Shown here: positions 23,412 to 33,339 of the stretch, piece after piece
Layout of the letters: every line of letters begins with the position of its first letter
Numbering within the stretch: position 1 is the stretch's first letter
The notes under the pieces: generated by a model
The model's database searches: none
The model's input: only the letters and a program-made list of their open reading frames with translations
Told to the model about the DNA's origin: nothing
Made by a program: the position numbers and the translations under genes
Source of the DNA: Catajapyx aquilonaris
Lineage: Eukaryota
Direction: 5' to 3'
DNA length: 33,339 nucleotides
NCBI GenBank assembly: GCA_000934665.2
Contig: KZ539107.1
Coordinates: 1-33,339, forward strand

Positions 23412-24025
23412 ATTTAGTTTTTTGGTTAGCCTACATATAAAAAGTTTTCGAGTATATCTGAGAATGTGTCGTTGCATGTTTACTGATCATAATTGAATTA
23501 AAACATCTGGTACCTGTATATTAAAGAAAGTGAAAAATAATTTTCTTATTGGGAACCACCCTCTCCCTTACGTCAGCTAAATATTGAATTTGAGTTTTAA
23601 GTTTAAGTAACGGTTCGTAGGCCAGAAGACTATACAAAGACCTGAAATACAGAATGATTCGAGTTAGGAATTTCGAAATGCAGTCTTGGAAAGGTACTTT
23701 CTGATAGTCAAGTCAGTTTTCTGATTGAGAAATTACAACCCTCTAGAGAAATTATTGGAAAACATTGATCCCGGAAAGGCTAATGCAATCTTCATCTTCA
23801 AACTTCCAACCCTCACATCTCAAAAATAAGTCAAATGTAACTCTGGTAGTTCGGCATTTCAGGTCTTGTGTGTATATGTGTATGTACAGTACGTATACCT
23901 AACAAAGGCGAAGCAGCACAGTATACCTTCCTATAATTACTCCATTCCTCTATCATGACCTTTGACATATCACATCATACGCCCCAGGTCTTTAGATGTT
24001 TACAGAGTGCACCTGAATAATTATT

Positions 24026-24328
24026 TTATTTATTTATTTTAATTTATTTATTTTACCCCATTAGGGGGGTGGAATACCACCATTTTATTGTCAGTCAATT
24101 TTTTCTGAAACTTTCACACATGGATGTGGCCAAGGATAGGGAAGGAAAGAAGCCTGCGGCTGTGGCCTATTATACGGAAGCGATCCCGGAATTATCCTGG
24201 GGAGGGGGACCGTGGGAAACCACAGAAAACCACGGTCAGGATCGCCGGCCCCGGGAATCGAACGCAGGACCTCCCGATTAGCAGGCGGACTCCTTAACGG
24301 CTTAACCACTACTCCAACCTGCTTCCGT
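24026..24328 (-). mobile_element. tRNA-derived SINE with (AAAT)n-like tail
   Basis: Box A TGGAGTAGTGG and box B CGTTCGATTCCC. Body GGTTTTCTGTGGTTTCCC...CCGGGAT...AGGCCACAGCCG. 16-bp TSD CACCTGAATAATTATT at 24010-24025 and 24329-24344. Confidence 0.93.
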
Positions 24329-24728
24329 CACCTGAATAATTATTGCTTGACTGTGATTAAGGCAATGTTAAAATAGTCCCTCGCAACTGCTTCCTGCGTA
24401 TCAGACCAATTTTAACACCTGCACTTGTGTGGCATCACATGACTTAATTATTACTTATTCAGTCAGAGAAGGGTAATGACGTTACGAGCCTGTACATGCA
24501 GTGTACATGTTGGTTTCGTTGTTCACATTGTTGACAGTCACTGTTGCCCATTGTGATAGCCTATAAAACGTGAAGCCAATGGGACTTATATTCTTTGTTG
24601 TCTAAAGTTTTGTCACATACTCAAATCTATGCAAAAATCGATAATAATTCGCAAAATTTTTCTATTTTTCTGTGCATGATAAAAAATTGTATCGATATAA
24701 TTATTCTGCCCGCATGTTCCATATGCGC

Positions 24729-26027
24729 TGTCACAGGGTGGACCTGGGGTGTTAATGGTCAGGAGAAGGAACTTACTGGTTAGGAAGTTCTCGGATAGGG
24801 AAATATATTATAATGCAGTGGAAGCGTATTAAATTCTCATGTGTATGCCACCAAGATCCGTATACAACATGCCAAGTGCCCCCAAAATCCATGATTAATC
24901 ATCTGTTACTCACATGTACCCCAGCGAGAATAAAGATGGAGACGGCAGGCCCTTTTTTGACATTTCTTTATCCGACTCAAATTCATGAACTCTTTTTGGA
25001 CCGAGTTAGCTGCTTCAGGCGTGTGTTCGTGTATTTATGACAGTATATTTGATACCGTAATTTGATACCGAATTTGAGATTGGCAGAGCAGCCTGCCGAA
25101 GGGGGAGGGCCTGCTGTCTCCATCTTTATGCTCGCGGGTGTACACGTTCACACAGGTCCCGTTATCTCACCCCCCCTTGTTTGCTTCCAAACCAAACACA
25201 GTCCAATGGGGTACAGTTGATCAGCTGGCGCTTCACCTCCGGCCGCCTCCCTGTCGAATACCGCATCGGCAGCAACGGCTCACACCTTCCTCTGCCAAAC
25301 TGGTCCACGGGCTGTACTCTCCTCTGCCGTCGATCCTCAGCTAGTGGCTACTTTGGTCTTCCTCCTCGACGTCCGTCAGGTACTCCCTGACGACAGGTTG
25401 CTTGTCGATTACCACCTCGACCGTATGCGCAACCTCCCTCCACAGCTGGGCAACCTCGGAGCTTCTCTGGGTCACCACGCTCGTCGTGCACCGCAGCAAG
25501 TTGGTAGCAATCATCTCCAGCAGTTGGGTTGACCTTCACGTGTAGTTCTATTATTCTTATACCCGACGCTCGTCAAGTGCTCCTTGACGAATGGCTGCAT
25601 CACCTTACTCAGTGTCAGCAGGGCTGACCATCTGGTCCTCCTTCCCCGCTTCCTGTCGATTACCTCCTCGACGTGATGCTTCCACCTTCCGCAACTGGGC
25701 TGACCTTAGGCTTCGGTTGACACAAGGTCCTGGAGGCATCAACCACCTCCACCGATGCTGGGACGTCTCGAAAGTATCCAAACGTTGCAAGTGGTCCACC
25801 TCCGGTGATGCTTCTCCGCAAATGCTTGCTCCGATCTTCTCTCTTCGAAGATCTGTCAGGTTCTCCTTTCCCCTCCGGTGTAGGATATCAATGAGGAAAG
25901 CTAGGTTGGGACTCGTGTGCAAAAAGGAACGCAATGGGTGATGGGATCAGGCAACTTGGCTGTGTGGTGGATTAGATGGGGGTTGGTAAATAGCCTACCC
26001 CAGTGGCCACCTTGGCGCACTGTGACA
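24729..26027 (-). mobile_element. Probable solo LTR
   Basis: Inverted termini TGTCACAG...CTGTGACA and 5-bp flanks TGCGC / TGTGC (one CpG-type change). GC-rich interior with an internal direct repeat. Orientation is tentative. Confidence 0.55.
24919..25140. mobile_element. TA-target MITE nested in the probable LTR
   Basis: TIR CCCCAGCGAGAATAAAGATGGAGACGGCAGGCCCT / AGGGCCTGCTGTCTCCATCTTTATGCTCGCGGGTG with TA flanks. Confidence 0.85.
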
Positions 26028-26242
26028 TGTGCCCAGGAGTTCACTTTTAAAGTTTGTTGCACTAATTACGAAACATCATGTATAGACATTCTGAAGATAT
26101 TTACATTATTATATCTACGGAAACCGAATTTTTCCCGTTGAATTCACTTTCTGAAATATTTTTCATTACAGTTTCTCGGTAAAATCACCGTATGAATATT
26201 TTAGATAATAACTTATTTTCATGAGTAGTTGTCTACAGTATA

Positions 26243-26549
26243 ATGTTTTTAAAATACCCCGTGCTGGGCCATCTTTGGCCCTTTTGGGGGACCTTTTTAC
26301 GAAACGCCCTGGTCAAAGGACATGGTGACCGGGAGGGGATGTGCAAAGTGCAAGTGGTATGTCCTTGTGTGGCCATTTTTAGTGAACTTCCCCGGGTGGT
26401 TTGTCTTAACGGAAATACCACCCGAGACGAAGCCAGAGGTGACCCTGAACTCTGCACGAGATGAAGCGGGTGTCCCAGGGCGGGATTTGATCCCGGGACC
26501 TTAACATCCGTGGGCGCATACGTTACCGCAGCGCCACTTCGTCTCCTCG
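26243..26549 (-). mobile_element. tRNA-derived SINE, same head and body family as 21144-21516
   Basis: Shares GGAGACG..GTGGCGC.GCGGTAACGT..GCGCCCACGGATGTTAAGGTCCCGGG and the body up to TTGCACATCCCCTCC. Possible TSD CAGTATA. Confidence 0.88.
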
Positions 26550-28032
26550 CAGTATATGGACTCTGCAGGGTGGAACAAAAGTCCCATTCGCAACTGTGGT
26601 CGCGCTCATTCTTATTCACTTCCTAATTTGATGTCCTTCTGCTATCATTTTAAAAATAGGGTCTACAAAATAATGCACTACATCATTTTCCTTCTGATAA
26701 GTTATTTGAAACCATAAGTTTTAAAATAAATTAGCTGAATGGAGTGTAAAACATCATATTTGAGTTGTAATTATGGCCATCATTGCCCAAGGTAATAAAA
26801 TGAAACCTGTGTGTATAAGGTGAAATCATGCCGTCCCTCAATAGTTTTTTTTGTAACAGCAAGTTCCTGCTTTATTGGACAATGCTAATTATGAAACTAA
26901 ACTTTTAAGGCGCATTAACATGTCTCTCAATCGGTGCCCCCGACTCCGTAATTCAGGACTTGCTGGCACTGTTTTCTCTTCTCAAGGAGTAGCTACACTG
27001 TCGTTCAGTTTCCACTTAGCAAACAGTGGAAAAAGCATTATTATTTTAAAAACCATGAAAATAATAATAAATTATGTGGAAAACGGATTTGTCCAATTTT
27101 AAGTGGAAATTACGGTGGTTTGAAGTGAAAAAGGTCATTTTCCCACTTATACTCTACCGTAATAAGCTGAAAAAAATGTAATTTTTTTACTCACGAAGTG
27201 AAACCTGAACAAGAGTGTAGGGACTATAGAAAGCACATGATCGTTGTGTCCGTCTCAAGTATAAGATCAAAAGCATATTTTCCCGCAATGGTAAAGCTTC
27301 CCTGCTCTGAACAAAAGCTCGCAAAAGCCAAAGGCTATTTTCACACGAGGCCACCATGGACGCGCCCGCCGCGCCGCCACGTCTTTGCATTACTGCAAAT
27401 GGAGCCTTTCACACGTGGTGGTGGCCGCGTGCTTGGCAGCGCTGCCAGAAATACTGGTGGCACGTGGCAGGCAGGGCGATTTTTGGCGCCGCCAATTGGC
27501 CGCGCTGCCACGTGTTTGCATTGAATCATATGTGATCATATGAAGCCTTTCGCACGAGACGCGCGACTTTTCGTGCCGCCAGACGTGCATATTGAGACCG
27601 TGCTCGGCTGGCAGGCGGCAGCACATCGGTGGTGGCGAACAAATCTGCAACACGCTGCCAGAGAAGCGCTGCTAATTTATGCGGCAGCACTAGATAATAG
27701 ATATAGGCCTACTTAATATGACAAACGTCTCCCCACAGCCAACCTACGCACCCCCTCGCCTGCGCGCCATCGTGCGGGAGGGCCGGGAAGCACAGAAGAG
27801 AGAGAGAGGGGGGGGGGGTAGCTGTGTAGCTGCTACTCAGCAGCCGCTACAGCTATTGCGCTCTTCTGCGACTCGGTATCATTGCATTTTCGCCATAAAA
27901 TGAAGCGTGACTGACAATACTTCCTGCAGGGTACTGTACGGTACTAAATAAATTCCTGGATAAAAATGAGGAGGAAGGGGGTGAAAAAAGACACAGAAGA
28001 AAAGACGACGAAAAAAAGGGGGAAAAAAGAAG

Positions 28033-28103
28033 CCTCACGGGGACGCGAACCTGCAGCCTTCTGATCTATAGACCAGCGCGCTAACCGATAGGATACAGCA
28101 GCC
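28033..28103 (-). mobile_element. Degenerate tRNA-like / SINE head
   Basis: GGCTGCTGTATCCTATCGGTTAGCGCGCTGGTCTATAGATCAGAAGGCTGCAGGTTCGCGTCCCCG, followed by T-rich sequence. Confidence 0.6.
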
Positions 28104-28299
28104 ATCGCTGAGATTGCTCCTTCCGACGGGGGTTCTTATACTGCGCAGAGGCCAGGCCGCCGTTAAATGACTATAATGACGTGGAGGGGGCGAGCGTGTT
28201 GATATTTTCAGTGCTGGGAATGGGATATTAATTTTCACTGCTTGATGTGGGCAGGGGGTAGGGGTACGATGTACTAACCCAACCTAACCTTCACTCGTT

Positions 28300-28421
28300 G
28301 CGGATACAGCCCTATCTTCAGCGGATACAGCCCTATCTTCACGTATACAGCCCCATCTTCACGTATACAGCCCCATCTTCACGTATAAATACAGCCCTAT
28401 CGTCAGCGTATACAGCCCTAC
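28300..28421. repeat. Minisatellite, about 20-22 bp unit ATACAGCCCYATCTTCA(G)CG(T/G), about 6 copies
   Basis: Read directly. No unique spacers between units. Confidence 0.92.
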
Positions 28422-28667
28422 GTACGGATGTGACTACATATGATATGATAGCAGGATAGCGGATAGAGGAATCGCAGTAGCTGCTACGGAGTAGCAGTTA
28501 TCCGATGGAGTGATCGGATCGGCGATGAACGGAACGGCGCATGCGCTGCCTGTGGGATCTGCGATTGCCGTCTGGAAAGTAATCGCTTCCTGGCCCTCCC
28601 GCACGATGGCGCGCAGGCGAGGGGGTACGGTGGTTGGCTGTGTGGAGACGTTTTTCTTAATATGTAG

Positions 28668-29009
28668 TATGGGCGGATCCAGAGAGGAATTTTGGGGGAG
28701 GGACTATTCTGTATTAATGTTGCCCCCCCTCCCCCCTCCCCCCCCAAAAAAAACCCGCCCGCTCGTTTTCAAAGCGCACATAGCGTTTTGGACTTAACAA
28801 ATGTGCTGAAATGCAAATTTCGTCCTGGGATTGGTTCAGAAAATGCCCGTAAGATGTTGTGGCCGCTTCTGGTTCGCGCTGTTTCGCGCGGTACGAATGA
28901 AATCTAAGGTGATTAATATAATGTTAAAGAGTCTTAGGCTCAATTGGGGGGGGGGGGNNNNNNNNNNNNNNNNNNNNNNCCCCCCCCCCCTCCCGTGGAT
29001 CCGCCTACA
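28668..29009. mobile_element. hAT-type MITE
   Basis: TIR TATGGGCGGATCC / GGATCCGCCTACA and 8-bp TSD ATATGTAG / TTATGTAG. Contains an assembly gap between G and C runs. Confidence 0.8.
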
Positions 29010-29565
29010 TTATGTAGGCTATACCACTATATAGACAAGCTACCATTATGGAGTCACTTTATCCCCCTGTCCACTGTAGACAAAACCTACAGCTAGGGCT
29101 GGGAAGGTTGCAGGTGAGGTCGGTAGCTCGCATACACATAACCGCCGACCAAATATGCTGTGCGAGGACGAACATTGTGTGGTAGTGGTGACGACCTCGG
29201 TTGAAACAGTTGAATTCAAAATGGCAGCAAAAATTGGGTCAAATCTACGCAAGTAAAGAAGGTTTCATTTCAGCTGTACCACTGATGCCGTTCCTGACTC
29301 ATGTTCATAATATATTTCACTGCCTGAAGTTTCCACTGTATTCTATACCAGCAATGAATCTTTATTTTTATAGATTGTGCTCTTCCTTTCTCCTCGTTTC
29401 CGGATTAGACAGGTTCCACCATATCCTACGCAAAAAAATTCCGGAGTAGACTAGTTTCGTCCATATTCAGATTCCGTTCTAGACAGGGTTAAGTATACAA
29501 GTAGGCCTACACACTGCAGTATGCATATACTGAATCCTGTTAGTAGTCACGCTGTTCTATTTCAG

Positions 29566-29641
29566 ATTTGATGTAATGAAAGTCCCTCAGAACGTCAGAA
29601 GAGTCATGGAAGATGCAGCGCGAAATTGGAATTCTCTGTGA
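29566..29641 (+). CDS. Candidate terminal coding exon (FDVMKVPQNVRRVMEDAARNWNSL*)
   Basis: Acceptor CTGTTCTATTTCAG. Only one frame is open (phase 2), and AATAAA occurs downstream near 29668 and 29728. No homology recognised. Confidence 0.3.
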
Positions 29642-29768
29642 TGCTTTCTGCCGTGATACGGAAGAGTAATAAAGTTTCTCGACCGTGCTCGACTTAATGA
29701 GAAAGGTTCAACCCATTATTACAAAGAAATAAACACTTGAAGGGCTCTGATAGTGCAAGACGAATCTG

Positions 29769-29807
29769 TTGCCCACCGTCTGGATACAGTATCCAGACGG
29801 CGGGCAA
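29769..29807. repeat. 39-bp palindrome with 1-nt centre
   Basis: TTGCCCACCGTCTGGATAC-A-GTATCCAGACGGCGGGCAA, with one mismatch. Confidence 0.93.
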
Positions 29808-29902
29808 GAAAAAAACTGTTTATGTTAAAACTGGATGAAAAGCTTCTATGAGGATCAGTGTTGTGTACGAGGGATAATTATTGTAATCTTTAGGTGGGTT
29901 AC

Positions 29903-30007
29903 GGAGCGGCACTGTTAGTGCAGTGGCAACTCCACAGCCTTGCATCTAGGAGTTCTCGTGTTCGATTCCTGGCTCTGACATGTGGTAATAGTTTCGATAG
30001 GTCCTCT
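29903..30007 (+). mobile_element. Old truncated SINE related to the 4419-4752 family
   Basis: Box A/B remnants TAGTGCAGTGG and GTTCGATTCC. AGTTTCGATAGGTCCTCT resembles AGTTTCGATGGGTTCTCT of the younger copy. Confidence 0.55.
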
Positions 30008-30584
30008 AAAGTAGCATGAAAATGACGTCAGTGCAAGTGAATCATAATAGCCTACCTTCAATCAATAAACTACTTCATTATGATCACTAAGTAGGAAGCG
30101 GGGCTTAACGTTATAAGTAGGATGACATGGGCAATACGGGTGGTATATTATTGCACCAAACTGTCAGAATCAATCACAATGATAAATTAAGTCGAAACAA
30201 TACCCAGCATGCCGAAACTGGCTGAGTCACTGCGACATCAGCGCAGAATTTTCTCACACCAGAAGGGAATAGCATGGTGAATATATTATTGAGTCATTCG
30301 TGGCGGTTAAATTGACTTTCCAACCTCATCAAATCACTACTGCAGGACTTTCATTTGAATAATTACCATATTAACAAACACCAGCCACTCTCGGCGATGC
30401 AGTATAGCTGATACAAAATGAACAACTAATACATTATAACTTAATCGCTTGTAAGGGAGGGTGAAAATGAATTACATTTCAGACAGAAAGACGCACACAG
30501 TCATTGTTAATGCAACTCGGATGACCCCAAACTTACGACTGTTTTAGGCAGCCAACCCAAACCGTCCTTTCTGTTGCAGCTATA

Positions 30585-31480
30585 CAGGGGTTATACAAAA
30601 TAACAGGGGCCCCTGCAAAAAGTGTCTGAATTTTCTCCCCCATTGTACTCGAAAACTGGAAAGGTTACAAAGATGATCGTTACTAATTGCTGAAGCTCTG
30701 TCGATGTAGATTTACAGACACGAAGAGGACACAAAAATCACAAGAGGAGGGGGAGAAGCTAAAGACGAACGCTACCCTCCCCCCCAGACCCTATGTTTGA
30801 CCAAAGTGTCCCATCCTTTTCATTTGAAAACGAAAACAGTTACAGATATGAACTTTATTGGGTTATGAAAGCTCTATCGATGTCACTTGGAATAGAGATG
30901 GACTAAAATTACCGACAGAGGGCGGGAGGAAAAATAAAACGGCACCCCCCCCCCCCCTTCCCCGGCACTGCTTGAGTGAAAACAACGGAAAATTTTCGTC
31001 CCACTGCTATAGGTAACGCTACCTTAGCAGTACCAGTGCCTAATATGGTACTGGTAAGTTAGTAGTAACAAGCAGTGGGACGAAAATTCGACCCAAACTT
31101 ACTATACATTATTTTGTCCAACCTCTTCTCAGATTTAGTGCCGAGGAAGGGGGGTTCCGTTTCTATTTTTTCGGGAGCCCCCTGTCTGTAATTTTGTCCC
31201 ATCTATATTCCACACAAGTGACATCGATAGAGCTTCAAAACCTAGTAACGTTCATATCTGTAACTGTTTTCGTTTTCAAGTGAAAAAGGTGGGACACTTT
31301 GGTCAAAAATGGGGTCTGGGGGGGGGGGGNTGTAGAGTTCGTCTTTTCTTTCTCCCTCTCCTCTTGTGATTTTTACGTCATCTTCATGTCTGTAAATGTA
31401 CATCGACTAAGCTTCAAAAATCAGTAAAGGTCATCTCGGTAACCTTTCCAGTTTTCGAGTAAAATAGAGGAGAAAATTCA
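30585..31480. mobile_element. Long-TIR foldback element, right terminus truncated
   Basis: About 340-bp diverged inverted arms at 30627-30969 and 31137-31480. Left end is TA-CAGGGG. Central hairpin AATTTTCGTCCCACTGCT...AGCAGTGGGACGAAAATT (30991-31088). Confidence 0.85.
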
Positions 31481-31869
31481 CCCGCCATCTCAGGATATTA
31501 GATTTAAATTAATTATTTCATTGACATTAAATACGCAATTTTGGAGAAGTACCATATTTTTTTTTGGAAAAGTTCCATAACTTTCAAGGGTTGGTACCAT
31601 AAGATCGATTCCACGATCTGGCATCGCTGGAGGTGTCTGTCATAAGGTCTTTCCCAAGGGAGGTCGTGTGATAGCAAAAAGTTTAAGAAACCACTGCTCT
31701 ACAGGCTCATCAGTTGTTGCACTCTTGAGCTACTTCTTCTCTCATGTGTCCGATTGATATTAAATACAATTTACCTCAGATATTGATGACAGAGGAGTGA
31801 AACAATAATTCCTGCATTAATTCTATTTCACGATTAATTTTCAATTTTTTAAAGAAAATTGACACTTAA

Positions 31870-32024
31870 GGTGCGTTTACATGTGAGCGATTTGACGAAT
31901 GAAATCTTCTCCGAGGCTGAAATTAACAATCGATTTTCGCCTCAAACAATAGCATATTGGTCACTTCGGTTGTTCAGCCTCGGCGAAGACTTCGCTCGTC
32001 AAATCGCTCACGTGTAAACACACC
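31870..32024. mobile_element. PIF/Harbinger-like MITE
   Basis: About 50-bp TIRs GGTGCGTTTACATGTGAGCGATTTGACGA / TCGTCAAATCGCTCACGTGTAAACACACC, with TAA on the left. Confidence 0.8.
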
Positions 32025-32119
32025 TTTTCAGCTAATAAGCTGCTGTTTTAGTAGAGTCTGCTTACTGATGAATACTGTATACTGATATATGGCCCCGGGG
32101 TGGTTCTGAACAATGTGAC

Positions 32120-32218
32120 ACTGCCATAGGGGCATGTGATCAAATCAAAATCTGCCAGTGTGTTATAAATTATAACACACTGGCAGATTTGGATTTGATC
32201 ACATGCCCCTATGGCAGT
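32120..32218. repeat. 99-bp palindrome with 1-nt centre
   Basis: ACTGCCATAGGGGCATGTG...GTGTTATAA-A-TTATAACAC...CACATGCCCCTATGGCAGT, with one mismatch. Confidence 0.96.
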
Positions 32219-32283
32219 TTCGGCAGTTTTCTTGACACCGTGTTCTTGTGCTTCTGCTGCGATTTTTCGAAATCACTTATGTT

Positions 32284-32707
32284 AGGGAGCAAAAGATTTG
32301 TAAATTTTACTTCCAGCTCAACATAACTTCGGATGCAACCAACCGAATGCTGAACAAGGCTTTTGATGAGCAAGTTGTAAGACAAGCAATAACATATATG
32401 AGTGGGTTAACAGCTTCGAAGGTGGCGCGTCAAGTTTGCAGCAAAATCAACTCAATGCTGATCATTTTCTTTGACATTTGAGGAATTATGCATATGGAGT
32501 TTCTCCCTCCTGGTAAAACTGTCAACGGCAAGTATTAGGGCCTACTGGGATGGTTTGAGACGATTTAGGCTGAAATGGCCGGAGATGTGGAAGAACATAT
32601 AGACTGGTTGCTGCACCATGACAATGCCGCCTGCACGCACCTCACGCGTAGTCAGGGACTTCCTGATAAAAAATAACATGACCACTGTACCCCACCCTGC
32701 ATATTCG
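32284..32707 (+). pseudogene. Decayed, deleted mariner transposase
   Basis: REQKICKFYFQL..MLNKAF, SMLIIFFDI*GIMHMEFLPPGKTVNGKY, WLLHHDNA and VRDFLIKNNMTTVPHPAYS, with stops and frameshifts. Truncated at YS(PDL). Confidence 0.9.
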
Positions 32708-32865
32708 TTTGTCCTGGCCAAGGGGGTACTCACTTCGGTACTCCGGTGTACACCTGCAGAGGTACTCCCTGGTGCTCCCTGGTGCTCCCAGACAATAAAC
32801 AAATATGCCTCTAACTTAGGGAGCTTTTCCCTCTCGTGTCGTGCTTCCAATCCCAAGGGGCTAAA

Positions 32866-32937
32866 AAATGGTGCCGGGGATCGAACCCGGGACCTTTCAC
32901 ATGCAAAGCGAACGCTCTACCACTGAGATACACCCCC
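32866..32937 (-). pseudogene. tRNA-Ala(TGC)-like pseudogene or Ala-tRNA-derived element
   Basis: GGGGGTGTATCTCAGTGGTAGAGCGTTCGCTTTGCATGTGAAAGGTCCCGGGTTCGATCCCCGGCACCA followed by T6. Anticodon and T arms pair, but the D-stem has a mismatch and the acceptor 3' strand is defective. Confidence 0.8.
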
Positions 32938-33339
32938 ACTTCGTAGGAACCTATTACGAAGAGACCTATGAACATGTTCATAACACATAATATTGAACAT
33001 AATTTCATGTAGGGTGACACCATGTCCGAATCTCCAAAAGAAGGGCATAGATGCTCTGTATAGGCTGTGTACAACACACACTATTATACTAATAAATACG
33101 CCTTTTTTTCACTTCAGCATAACCGAATCTACGATTTCAAACGTCCTATTTAATGTCTCTGTCTCTATAAAGTGAGTGATGACTAGAGAACGGATTTCTA
33201 GGTTTTTACCTACTTTTTCTTTTGTAGGCAGAACACCGGAACCAAAATAGCTATCCGTTTCATAGCACAAGGACCTCAAAAATCGTAGTTTTATAGAAGC
33301 TTAAAATGCCTATTTCGGGTGTTGGGACCTAAATGGCCT

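Noticed and set aside
4405..23477. ORFs with poly-I, poly-N/Y, poly-T, poly-L and (ER)n runs
   Set aside because: They are translations of SINE/LINE tails and microsatellites.
28300..28421. 20-22 bp repeats as a CRISPR or iteron array
   Set aside because: No unique spacers; an ordinary minisatellite.
28947..28990. Long G/C runs containing Ns (also near 5192, 12669, 31330) as G-quadruplex elements
   Set aside because: Run lengths are unreliable at assembly gaps and most lie within repeats.

Overview
This is animal (probably insect or other arthropod) genomic DNA that is intronic or intergenic and almost completely filled with transposable elements. I can support no intact protein-coding gene, operon or CRISPR array; most ORFs in the track are chance or microsatellite translations. 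The main structure is a probable Academ-type DNA transposon remnant (about 4006-9330) with long TIRs and decayed transposase motifs. Its left arm is interrupted by a V-domain SINE and by a foldback element that itself carries a palindromic mariner built from two 3' ends. Other DNA elements are three more decayed mariners, Tc1-, pogo-, hAT-, piggyBac- and Harbinger-like MITEs, and a DINE-1/HINE-like rolling-circle element. Retroelements are five full tRNA-derived SINEs with TSDs, a probable solo LTR, a decayed Penelope-like RT and a LINE 3' end. There is also a tRNA-Ala(TGC)-like pseudogene, and two short segments may be host exons (11385-11483, 29566-29641). The most unusual signal is the abundance of inverted duplications, including four unrelated near-perfect palindromes with only 1-2 nt at the centre. 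All family assignments come from motifs read by eye, not from database searches.
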